NCBI GenBank assembly: GCA_027459725.1
Contig: DAIDHK010000001.1
Span: 195,411-259,410, forward strand
From: Candidatus Levyibacteriota bacterium
Lineage (GTDB): Bacteria; Patescibacteriota; Microgenomatia; Levybacterales; UBA12049
Reading direction: 5' to 3'
DNA length: 64,000 nt
The notes beneath the pieces are model-generated. The model was not told the origin of the DNA. It ran no database searches and worked only from the letters and a program-made list of their open reading frames with translations. Position numbers and translations under genes: made by a program. This document shows positions 27,920 through 37,355 of this stretch, one piece after another; the first letter of the stretch is position 1; every line of letters starts with the position of its first letter.

Positions 27920-29724
27920 AATATAAAATATTGCTTTTCCTGATTGTAATACTCGCAGCCGTATTTCGTTTTCATGGTTTAAATTGGGATCAGGGAGAAC
28001 ATCTGCATCCAGACGAAAGAGCAATCGTAATGTATACATTACAGCTCCAATTCCCCAGTAGTATAAGTCAATTTTTTTCTATCCAAAGCCCTTGGAATCC
28101 TCACTTTTTTGCTTATGGTTCACTCCCGTTATATTTGCTTAAACTTACAAGTATGCTGTTTACAAATCTGGCTCCCTATTTAACTACCTATGATGGGATC
28201 AACCTTTTAGGAAGAGCAATCTCTGCAACTTTTGATCTTATTACCATCATCTTTATATACCTTTTAGGGAAGACCTTAAAAGGTTATAAAGAGGGTCTAA
28301 TGGCCGCATTCTTTTATTCAATAAGCGTTTTCCCTATTCAGACTTCTCATTTTTATGCAGTTGATACTCTGCTTACTTGCTTTATTACAATTACTATATA
28401 TCTTTTAATTAAATTCTATGCAAATCCAAGTTTACTTAAAGCAATACTCATAGGAACCAGTATAGCTTTTGCGATGGCAACTAAAATCAGCGCGACAGTT
28501 ATAGGCGTGTCGGTAATAATTACATTATTGGCAGATTTCTTTCTATTAATTGCAAATCATCCTTTTCATCCTAAAAAATGGTTATATCATCTTCCGAATT
28601 TTATCTTTAATTTATGTAAATATAGTTTGAGTATAGTTATTACTTTACTCGTTGTTTACTTCATATTAGAACCTTATGCTTTTATAGATTTTAATGATTT
28701 TATTAACCAGACCTTACAACAGGATGCCATGACAACTAATGCCTTCACTTTTCCTTATACTCTACAATATGTGGGAATACCACCATATTTCTATGAAATA
28801 AAAAATATTTTTTTGTGGGGACTTGGTCCTCTTCTTGCAATTTTGGCTTTTACAGGAACTCTATATGTAACTTATATCTCTTTACTAAAAATTGTTTTCC
28901 AATCTGAGAAACCATACAAATATAATTTGAGCTCAAATGAGAGAGTGTTATGGGCTAATGAACTTATAATATTAATCTTCTTCTGGGTATATTTTTTTAT
29001 TGTTGGTAAATTTGCCATTGGGTTTATGCGCTATATGCTCCCGCTCTATCCTCTACTTTGTCTCTTCGCCGCAATATTCTTGCAACATCTTATAGATATT
29101 TTAAAATATAAATATGTAAAGAAAATACATAAATCTATTTTTCTTACAGTACAGATTATTATTTTTATTTTGTTTTTGGTCTGGCCAATAAGTTTTATAC
29201 AAATCTATTCTCAACCAAATACCAGAGTACAGGCAACTGAATATATTAATCAGAATATTCCAGTGGGGACTGGAATTGCAGTAGAGCATTGGGATGACGA
29301 ATTACCTCTAGGAACTGCCTCTAATTATCAGATGCAAACCCTACCTCTTTATGATCCGGATACTCAGCAGAAATGGATAAGTATCATTAACCAGCTGCAA
29401 CAAGTACAATATCTCGTCATCGCTTCCAACCGTCTATATATCCCAATACAAAATTTAGGCAGCTGTAAGAAATATCCTTTTCCACACTGCTACCCAGTTG
29501 CGAGTATATATTATAAAAATTTGTTCGCAGGTAAACCTCTTCTCCAAAACACACCTTATGCGAATACTCCTGGCGCAAGAAATTTAGTTTTTAAAGAAAT
29601 TAAACAATTTTTGGTTACTCCTCAGATTCCTATATTAAATATCCCCATCAATGACCAATCAGCCGATGAGTCATTCACCGTTTATGATCACCCCAAAGTT
29701 ATGATATTTAAAAAAGTTTCATGA
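27916..29724 (+). CDS. Polytopic GT-C-fold membrane glycosyltransferase-like protein (HPDER-motif paralog B)
   Basis: Same architecture as upstream gene: LHPDERAIVMY motif after TM1, multi-TM core, C-terminal DHPKVMIFKK. Confidence 0.5.
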   Translation: MKYKILLFLIVILAAVFRFHGLNWDQGEHLHPDERAIVMYTLQLQFPSSISQFFSIQSPWNPHFFAYGSLPLYLLKLTSMLFTNLAPYLTTYDGINLLGRAISATFDLITIIFIYLLGKTLKGYKEGLMAAFFYSISVFPIQTSHFYAVDTLLTCFITITIYLLIKFYANPSLLKAILIGTSIAFAMATKISATVIGVSVIITLLADFFLLIANHPFHPKKWLYHLPNFIFNLCKYSLSIVITLLVVYFILEPYAFIDFNDFINQTLQQDAMTTNAFTFPYTLQYVGIPPYFYEIKNIFLWGLGPLLAILAFTGTLYVTYISLLKIVFQSEKPYKYNLSSNERVLWANELIILIFFWVYFFIVGKFAIGFMRYMLPLYPLLCLFAAIFLQHLIDILKYKYVKKIHKSIFLTVQIIIFILFLVWPISFIQIYSQPNTRVQATEYINQNIPVGTGIAVEHWDDELPLGTASNYQMQTLPLYDPDTQQKWISIINQLQQVQYLVIASNRLYIPIQNLGSCKKYPFPHCYPVASIYYKNLFAGKPLLQNTPYANTPGARNLVFKEIKQFLVTPQIPILNIPINDQSADESFTVYDHPKVMIFKKVS

Positions 29725-31238
29725 CAATATTTTTTAATAAATACATTATACTACTCTCAATTATTTTATTAGGAGCATTTTTGCGTCTGTATAATTTATC
29801 TAACGATCCAGCTGGATTTTTTTGTGACGAGGCTTCAATTGGCTATAATGCATATAGCATATTAACAACTGGTAAAGATGAATATGGTGTTTCTTATCCT
29901 GTTTTCTTTCAATCATTCGGGGACTATCGACCCCCTTTAGCGATCTATTCAACAATTCCTTTCATTATCTTATTTGGATTAAATGAATTTAGCACTAGAT
30001 TACCATCAGTAGCTTATGGACTAATAACAATCGTTGTTATGTATTTCCTTGGAAAAGAAATTAGCTATAACAAAGGTAATTCTTTTGGATTACTTGTTGC
30101 TTTTATAACTGCAACAATGCCTTGGCTTATTCACTATAACAGAACTGGCTTCGAATTTACCATCTATGTAGCTTTCTTTACGATAACAGAGCTTTTATTA
30201 TTAAAATCAGTATCTAGTAAAACATATATTGTACCTGCTTTTACGATTGCGGCTTTAACTCTTTATACATATCAACCAGCCAGACTATTAGTACCATTAT
30301 TGCTAACTGGATTCATTCTTATCCATAAAAAATTATTTTTGTTCCACAAAAAAAACACAAGCGCAGGCTTATTAACTTTCTTTATTTTAAGTCTGCCGCT
30401 TGTATTTAGCTTCTTTAATGGTCAAGGTTTTGCCCGTTTTAACATGGTCTCTGTATTTTCAGCGAATTTAACATTTGAGAAAACCATTCTGCTTATTATT
30501 CAAAATTATTTTATACAACTTTCTCCTTCCTATTTTATTTCAGGCGAGCCCACTTTTATAACACGTCACTTTGTTGGAGGATTAACTCCACTGCTTATTT
30601 CAACTCTTCCGTTTGCACTTATCGGAATCATCCATACATTTGTTAAACTTAAAGATAATAAAAATTCACAATTGCTCATGTTTTTACTTCTTATTTATCC
30701 AATAGCAGGCGCAGTTACTGCTAACGCTCCATTTACAAGTCGTTCTGTTATCGGAGCTCCCTTATTTGCAATTTTTATTAGTATAGGTATCATACAGACT
30801 ATATTACACACAAAAGGGTTTATTCAAAGTTACTTTTTTACTTCTGCAATCATTGTTGTTATTCTGTTAAACTTGATATTTTTTATAAAATTTTATATTT
30901 ATCAGTATCCTTTATATTCTGCGGATTTCTGGGGTTGGCAATATGGTGCCAAAGATATAGTTACTTATTTTTCTCAACACGAGAAACACTATGATCAACT
31001 TGTCATGGCTCCCGAGTTTAATGCTCCAGAAATTTTCTTCAAGTTTTATGCACCTAATGACTGTCAAAAATGCATGATCGGCACTCCTGACACCTTATAT
31101 AATGCAAAACTGAAACAAATCTTTGCAGTGACCCCTTCTTATTTACTTTCTCATCCTCAATATCATTTCAGAACTTTGAAAAATGTTATTTATCCAAACA
31201 AAACTATTGCTTTTGAAATAGGTAAAATTGTACAATAG
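29721..31238 (+). CDS. GT39/GT83-like (PMT_2/ArnT-type) membrane glycosyltransferase
   Basis: FFCDEASIGYNAYS loop-1 DE motif typical of PMT/ArnT-family GT-C enzymes; multi-TM. Confidence 0.5.
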   Translation: MTIFFNKYIILLSIILLGAFLRLYNLSNDPAGFFCDEASIGYNAYSILTTGKDEYGVSYPVFFQSFGDYRPPLAIYSTIPFIILFGLNEFSTRLPSVAYGLITIVVMYFLGKEISYNKGNSFGLLVAFITATMPWLIHYNRTGFEFTIYVAFFTITELLLLKSVSSKTYIVPAFTIAALTLYTYQPARLLVPLLLTGFILIHKKLFLFHKKNTSAGLLTFFILSLPLVFSFFNGQGFARFNMVSVFSANLTFEKTILLIIQNYFIQLSPSYFISGEPTFITRHFVGGLTPLLISTLPFALIGIIHTFVKLKDNKNSQLLMFLLLIYPIAGAVTANAPFTSRSVIGAPLFAIFISIGIIQTILHTKGFIQSYFFTSAIIVVILLNLIFFIKFYIYQYPLYSADFWGWQYGAKDIVTYFSQHEKHYDQLVMAPEFNAPEIFFKFYAPNDCQKCMIGTPDTLYNAKLKQIFAVTPSYLLSHPQYHFRTLKNVIYPNKTIAFEIGKIVQ

Positions 31239-31298
31239 AACCAGTTAATCAATAGAAAATATCTATCTGCCCAATATATCTTCTGTGTAATTATTAAC

Positions 31299-32351
31299 TT
31301 GAAATCATCTATGAGAAAAACAAAAGTATTCATCACTGGAGGCACAGGTTTTTTAGGAGTACATCTTGCTAGAAGATTTTTAAAAGCCAGATGGGAAGTT
31401 ACTTTATACGATATTGCAGATTTAGATGCTCAGGATCTGATTGGAAAAGTAAAATTTATAAAAGGAGATGTAACTAATAAGACTACGCTTTTAAAAGCCA
31501 TGAGAGATCACGATTATGTCGTGCACACTGCTGCTGCACTACCTATCCAAGTTGAAAAAGATATAATTTTTCATATTAATATCGATGGTACTGAAAATAC
31601 GCTTTCATCAGCTTTAAAAAATAAAATTAAAAGATTAGTCTTTATCTCCTCTACCTCAGTTTATGGTGTACCAAAATACTTACCAGAAACAGAAAACAGC
31701 CCACTAGATCCAATTGGCTGGTATGGTATTTCTAAAATTGAAGGTGAAAGATTGTGTAAAGAATATATGCAAAAAGGTCTACAAGTTAATATAATACGTC
31801 CCAAAACTTTCCTGGGTATTGAAAGATTAGGTGTTTTTTCCTTATGGTTTGAAGCAATTTATAACAGTCGTCGTTTATATATTTTAGGTAAGGGAAATAA
31901 TAAATATCAATTACTGGCAGTTACAGATGTAGTTGAAGCAATTTATAAAGCTCTCATCAGCAAGGCTCATAATGAAATTTTCAACGTGGGAGCAAAACAA
32001 TATGGTACCTGGAAAAGTGATTTGGGATATGTGATAAAACAAAGCAAATCGCATGCTAAAATTACGGGACTTCCAGTACTAACATCTCAGTTTATACTAA
32101 GCATTTTAGAAGGACTAAATCTGTCTCCAATAGCTGCATGGCATTATAAAACTATGCCGGTAAATTCTTATGTGTCTATATCCAAAGCGGAAAAACTACT
32201 TAATTGGCATCCTAAAAAGTCAAATAAAGAACTCTTTTTAGAAAGCTATAACTGGTACAAAAACCATAGAGACGAAATTATTAACAAAAAAGGTAATACT
32301 CATAGAGTTAACTGGAACTTCAAAATACTGGATATAGTCTCAAAATTATAA
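31299..32351 (+). CDS. NAD-dependent nucleotide-sugar epimerase/dehydratase (SDR family)
   Basis: VFITGGTGFLGVHLARRF Rossmann motif; YGISK catalytic YxxxK. Confidence 0.8.
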   Translation: MKSSMRKTKVFITGGTGFLGVHLARRFLKARWEVTLYDIADLDAQDLIGKVKFIKGDVTNKTTLLKAMRDHDYVVHTAAALPIQVEKDIIFHINIDGTENTLSSALKNKIKRLVFISSTSVYGVPKYLPETENSPLDPIGWYGISKIEGERLCKEYMQKGLQVNIIRPKTFLGIERLGVFSLWFEAIYNSRRLYILGKGNNKYQLLAVTDVVEAIYKALISKAHNEIFNVGAKQYGTWKSDLGYVIKQSKSHAKITGLPVLTSQFILSILEGLNLSPIAAWHYKTMPVNSYVSISKAEKLLNWHPKKSNKELFLESYNWYKNHRDEIINKKGNTHRVNWNFKILDIVSKL

Positions 32352-32458
32352 GTTTGAAAGGAGTTAAAGCTAACTATTTTAACCCCTTTATCAACAAGTG
32401 TGCTGCCTTCTATCGCTTGTCTGAATCATATAGAATACTTTATACTTAATATTAAATT

Positions 32459-32998
32459 ATGAATTTAGGTTTTGATCTAGACAAAGTGTTCGTTGACTAC
32501 CCGCCGCTGATTCCAGATAGTGTACTGAATCATCTCTACAAGAAAAAAGCCAATGGTGCTTTAATCTATAGAATTCCTTCTCACCCAGAACAGATTTTAC
32601 GCAGTCTGATTCATCTTCCAGTCCTCAGACCTAAAATTAAGAAAAATATCGAATTTTTAGAATCAATCTCAAAAAAAGAACATAAGCTTTATCTAATTTC
32701 AAGTAGATTCAGATTCTTAGAGAAGACAACTAATAAGCTAACAAAAAAGCATGGTTTTGATAGGATATTTGACGAAATGTATTTTAATTATTCTAATAAA
32801 CAGCCACACTTATTTAAGGATGAAATTTTAAAAAAGCTAAAGATAGATCGATATGTAGATGATGATTTCCATTTGTTAAAATATGTCGCGAAGACAAATA
32901 AACATACTCAGTTCTATTGGTTAAATCCTCAGAGAAAAACACATATGCTAACCAGAAATATTACTGCCATATCCAATTTAGCAGAAATGCTTAAATAA
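32459..32998 (+). CDS. Hypothetical protein, possibly HAD-like phosphatase
   Basis: N-terminal FDLDKVFVD resembles HAD motif I (DxDxV); otherwise unassigned. Confidence 0.3.
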   Translation: MNLGFDLDKVFVDYPPLIPDSVLNHLYKKKANGALIYRIPSHPEQILRSLIHLPVLRPKIKKNIEFLESISKKEHKLYLISSRFRFLEKTTNKLTKKHGFDRIFDEMYFNYSNKQPHLFKDEILKKLKIDRYVDDDFHLLKYVAKTNKHTQFYWLNPQRKTHMLTRNITAISNLAEMLK

Positions 32999-33006
32999 CA
33001 TAAAAT

Positions 33007-35331
33007 ATGCCATTTTCAGATTTTGTTAACTTATTATTGTGGTGGTTTATTATCTTTGTAATTGGGATCACCTTTCTGCCGATAGCACAAAAGATTTTCA
33101 GGGATTTTTTTGACAAAGGCTATATCTTTAGTAAAATTCTCGGGTTTGCTATCTTAAGTTATATAATCTTTGTGTCAGGAATCATTCATTTACTGCCCTT
33201 TTCAGGTATTAATAGTTGGTTTATATTAATTCTGATCTTTATTTTTTTACGAGTTAGCTGGAAAAGGAAAGAGGGTAAATTAATCATACATAAAAACCTT
33301 CTTCTGCTTAATAACGGACGTTGGAAAAGTGCATTCTTTGAAGAAATAATTTTTTTTATTTCCCTTTATAGCTGGTCATATATAAGAGGCACTAATCCTG
33401 ATATCCACGGTCTGGAAAAATTTATGGACTTTGGATTTGTGAATTCTATCTTAAGATCGACCTATTTTCCTCCCAGAGATATTTGGTTTACTCCTTTACC
33501 CATAAATTATTACTACTTCGGTCATCTGGTAACTGCAGTATTAACTAAGTTGACATCTATCCCTTCAAATATAACATTTAACCTGATGATCGCTACTCTT
33601 TTTGCTATAAGTTTCAGTGCAGCTTTTTCAATTGGCGGAAATTTAATTTATCTTAATCGAAAACAAGTATTTACTAAATTGATCATAGTGGGAGGGTTAT
33701 TAAGTGCATTTCTAGTAACTTTAGGTGGTAATTTACACATAATATACGCTTTTTTCAGCCCATATCCCAATGACAGTCCAGTACCTCCATGGCAGTTAAC
33801 TTTTCAACCTTTTCTTTTCCCCAATAACTATTGGTATCCTAATGCCACTCGTTTTATTTATCATACTATACATGAGTTCCCTATATATTCATGGGTAGTA
33901 TCGGATCTACATGGTCATGTTTTAGATATCCCATTCGCCCTAACTACTATAGCTGTTCTACTGAGCTTTTTCTACAGACAAGAAACATCCAAACATCTAA
34001 CAAAAGGTTCTAACATCTCATTTGTAAGTAAAATATCAGACTTCATTACTAAAAACTTTACAAATACTTTCTTAAACTTATCGGATCTTTTTCTTATAGG
34101 ATTTCTATTAGCAGTAATGTATATGACTAATGCGTGGGACGGTGGTATTTATTTATTATTAACGGCACTGGTTTTTTTCTTTCTGCAATTAAGACAAGCA
34201 TCTACTATAAAAAAATGGGGAGACAGAATATGGAGTATGCAAGATGTAATTTATCCCTTAATTGCCATTGGAATCTTATTTTTTATCTTTGCCTTACCAT
34301 TCTCTATATTTTTCGACCCTTCTCAACTTGTACATGGTATCGGTATCATGTGTGCTCCTAACTTTTTAACTAAGATAGGGCATATAGGTCCATTTTTATT
34401 TGAACCAAATCATTGCCAACGATCCCCCTGGTGGCAGCTGCTTATCTTATATGGTTTTTTTGTTTTCTTTGTTATCTCATTTTTATTTATGTTATTGAAT
34501 AAGAGATTTCAACGCCAGGATGTAAATGAACCATATCTGCAAAATGCATTCTCCTATAAGCCAAACTCGATGACAGATATATTTATCCTCTGTCTGATTA
34601 TTCTCTCTCTATTCCTTATTGCCGTACCAGAATTCGCGTATGTCAAAGACATTTATCCTACTTATTATCGAGCCAATACCATGTTTAAATTAGTATTTCA
34701 GGCATTTATTATGCTTTCTTTATCAAGTGGATATATTTTATACCGTTTTTCTCAATGGTTTCGGTATGTCATCAAAAAACGTTTACTTAAATTAAGTTTG
34801 ATTTTGACTATTTGGTTTTCCAGCGCACTCTTTCTTGTAGGACTCGTTGCTCTTTATCCATATCTGGCAATAAACTCATATTATAATAATTTACAAACCT
34901 ATCATGGTTTAGATGGGACCACCTATCTAAAAACCCTATATCCTACCGACTATGTTGCCATACAATGGATAAATAAGAATATAAAAGGACAACCGGTAAT
35001 TTTGGAGGCGCAGGGAGACTCGTATACTGACTATGCCCGGGTATCTTCAAATACCGGACTTCCAACGGTTCTAGGCTGGACCGTACATGAATGGCTCTGG
35101 CGTGGTAGTTACAGTATTCCTGCACCAAGAATTACTGATGTACAAACTATGTATGAATCAACTGATTTAAATCAAGTAAAACAACTACTAGAAAAATATC
35201 ATGTTGAATATGTATTCGTAGGAGATCTGGAAAGACAGAAATATCCGACTATGACAGAAAGTATATTCAAACAATTAGGGAAAATTGTCTTTAAAGATGG
35301 GAATACAAGAATCTACAAATTAGACCTTTAA
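33007..35331 (+). CDS. Large polytopic membrane protein with YYY motif (DUF2298 / Chlor_Arch_YYY-like), probable glycosylation-related
   Basis: 774 aa, more than 12 TM; conserved LPINYYYFGH segment as in the Chloroflexi/Archaea YYY-domain family as I recall it; sits at the end of the GT-C gene island. Confidence 0.45.
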   Translation: MPFSDFVNLLLWWFIIFVIGITFLPIAQKIFRDFFDKGYIFSKILGFAILSYIIFVSGIIHLLPFSGINSWFILILIFIFLRVSWKRKEGKLIIHKNLLLLNNGRWKSAFFEEIIFFISLYSWSYIRGTNPDIHGLEKFMDFGFVNSILRSTYFPPRDIWFTPLPINYYYFGHLVTAVLTKLTSIPSNITFNLMIATLFAISFSAAFSIGGNLIYLNRKQVFTKLIIVGGLLSAFLVTLGGNLHIIYAFFSPYPNDSPVPPWQLTFQPFLFPNNYWYPNATRFIYHTIHEFPIYSWVVSDLHGHVLDIPFALTTIAVLLSFFYRQETSKHLTKGSNISFVSKISDFITKNFTNTFLNLSDLFLIGFLLAVMYMTNAWDGGIYLLLTALVFFFLQLRQASTIKKWGDRIWSMQDVIYPLIAIGILFFIFALPFSIFFDPSQLVHGIGIMCAPNFLTKIGHIGPFLFEPNHCQRSPWWQLLILYGFFVFFVISFLFMLLNKRFQRQDVNEPYLQNAFSYKPNSMTDIFILCLIILSLFLIAVPEFAYVKDIYPTYYRANTMFKLVFQAFIMLSLSSGYILYRFSQWFRYVIKKRLLKLSLILTIWFSSALFLVGLVALYPYLAINSYYNNLQTYHGLDGTTYLKTLYPTDYVAIQWINKNIKGQPVILEAQGDSYTDYARVSSNTGLPTVLGWTVHEWLWRGSYSIPAPRITDVQTMYESTDLNQVKQLLEKYHVEYVFVGDLERQKYPTMTESIFKQLGKIVFKDGNTRIYKLDL

Positions 35332-35373
35332 GACCTAAACATATACAAGAATATTAGATTATATATTCCTATT

Positions 35374-36534
35374 TTACATTGAAATGGTAGGAGTTAACTT
35401 CTTCTTAACTTCAGTTGTAGGATTGGGAGTAGGGGTGGGACAGCCAATATTCTGAACCTTACAAGCGACAAATTCATGTATTTGAGTGTAATTACCATAA
35501 CCTGCCCTGGGTTCAAGGACATATGCACCACCAAAATCATTAGGATTTCCTTGTACCAATAGATTACCCTGATCTGTAGGATCATCTGAATAATCAATAA
35601 CATAGCTGTGGATTTTAGCCGATTTCAGCTGTTGAGCAAGTTTAATAAAATCAGGAATTTCACTGGTACTAATATCGGTGTCAATGCTTTCTTTTACGAT
35701 ATTAAATAAAGCAATCATCTTATCGGGATTTAGAAGAGTTCCTGTAGAAAGTAACTTTGTTCTAATAGCTTCAATAATCTCTTGCTGCCTCGCTGATCTC
35801 GCAAAATCAGTTCCTTCAACCCCCATAGCATGTCTGGAACGTGCAAATTCTAATGCCAGTTGGCCATCCATATGGACCAAACCAGCCGGTACATGCAAAT
35901 GCATGTACCTACACGGAAATGCCTGTGGATCAGTAGCACTACCGGTAGCCTCCTGGGCAGTTAGATCAATGATTTCCTGTGGAGTATGGCCACATGTAGC
36001 ATCAGTCATGGAATCAATAGGATATGCATAGTCATCAAGAGTCCGGGCAACGTGTACATCAACTCCACCAATTTCGTTAACTGCTTTCACGAAACCATTA
36101 AAATCAATACGTAAAGCATAATCAATTGGTTGTCCTATAACTTTACTTACGATATCTTTCGCTGCAGCTAAACCTGATCCTACCTGATTCTGTTCAGCTA
36201 AAGCATAGGTAGCATTAATCTTCTGATTAATTGCCGGGTTCCATAAATCTCTTGGCACAGATACTAAATCAATTGTATTATGATTTACATCTACGCTGGC
36301 AAATTGAATCGTATCAGTTAATAATGGTCCATCATGATTGCCACCTCCGATACCTAAAAGTAAGAAAGTTATCCGATGATCTGGAGTAGTTTTTTGTATA
36401 TGAATTCCCGGTTTACTATACTGCACAAAGAAAGGTAAAAGATAGCCAACTATCAAAGCAATAACAGCAAAAAAAGCTACTACGATAATTAACCCCATGA
36501 ATTTGGCAAAACTATTTCTACGACGGCGATGCAT
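35374..36534 (-). CDS. LytR-CpsA-Psr (LCP) family cell-wall polymer phosphotransferase
   Basis: N-terminal TM then LLLGIGGG...LTDTIQFASVD...VSVPRDLW core LCP motifs. Confidence 0.75.
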   Translation of the reverse strand: MHRRRRNSFAKFMGLIIVVAFFAVIALIVGYLLPFFVQYSKPGIHIQKTTPDHRITFLLLGIGGGNHDGPLLTDTIQFASVDVNHNTIDLVSVPRDLWNPAINQKINATYALAEQNQVGSGLAAAKDIVSKVIGQPIDYALRIDFNGFVKAVNEIGGVDVHVARTLDDYAYPIDSMTDATCGHTPQEIIDLTAQEATGSATDPQAFPCRYMHLHVPAGLVHMDGQLALEFARSRHAMGVEGTDFARSARQQEIIEAIRTKLLSTGTLLNPDKMIALFNIVKESIDTDISTSEIPDFIKLAQQLKSAKIHSYVIDYSDDPTDQGNLLVQGNPNDFGGAYVLEPRAGYGNYTQIHEFVACKVQNIGCPTPTPNPTTEVKKKLTPTISM

Positions 36535-36589
36535 ATTAGATTAATAAGTATTTAGTATAAAGGATTGACTAAGAATAAACAAACAACTT

Positions 36590-37279
36590 TTAAGAGTTTT
36601 TAACTATTTCGTAGAAACTGTCAGCCTTCAAACTTGCACCTCCTACTAGCACTCCACTGATATAGATTTGGCTAGTAAAGACCTTTACATTCTCGCCCTT
36701 GACACTTCCTCCATATAATACGGGCACATCTCCTACAATATTTTTTAACTGTTTTCCAAAATCATCGGCATGCTCAGGTGTATCTGGAATTCCTGACCCT
36801 ATAGCTTGTAATGGTTCATAGGCAATAATTATTTGTCCCGGACTAAAAATATTTTTGATATTTTCTCTTTGACTATCAATTTCTTCAAGTTTAGAGATAC
36901 ATAATATAGGAGTTAGATTATGCTTCCTTGCATGAATCAATTTGGATCCAATTGATTCTTCCGACTCACCCATCGCTCGTCGTTCAGAATGACCAATTAT
37001 TACATAATCTACTATGTCTTTCAACATTTCTCCCGTTTCTTCGCCTGTATGTGCTCCCTGAGGAAAACGAGAAATATTTTGCGCACCCAAACTTATCATT
37101 AAATCATTCTGTTCAATTAATGCTCTTACTTGTATGAGTGAAGTAAAAGGGGGACAGACTATAATTTTTTTTAACTCATCATTTTTAATTTGTAAACTTA
37201 AGAATTTAAACTGCTCTGTCCAGTCTTTAACGACAACATTATTTGCTTTCCAATTCGCAACAATAAAAATCTGTTTCAT
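36590..37279 (-). CDS. tpiA: Triosephosphate isomerase
   Basis: ANWKAN, IIGHSERR, GGASLK catalytic motifs. Confidence 0.9.
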   Translation of the reverse strand: MKQIFIVANWKANNVVVKDWTEQFKFLSLQIKNDELKKIIVCPPFTSLIQVRALIEQNDLMISLGAQNISRFPQGAHTGEETGEMLKDIVDYVIIGHSERRAMGESEESIGSKLIHARKHNLTPILCISKLEEIDSQRENIKNIFSPGQIIIAYEPLQAIGSGIPDTPEHADDFGKQLKNIVGDVPVLYGGSVKGENVKVFTSQIYISGVLVGGASLKADSFYEIVKNS

Positions 37280-37355
37280 TGTGATAGAATACTATAGATA
37301 ATCCAACTAACTGCTCAAGCCTCGAATAGTTGTCGAATTATCAATATTATAGCGT

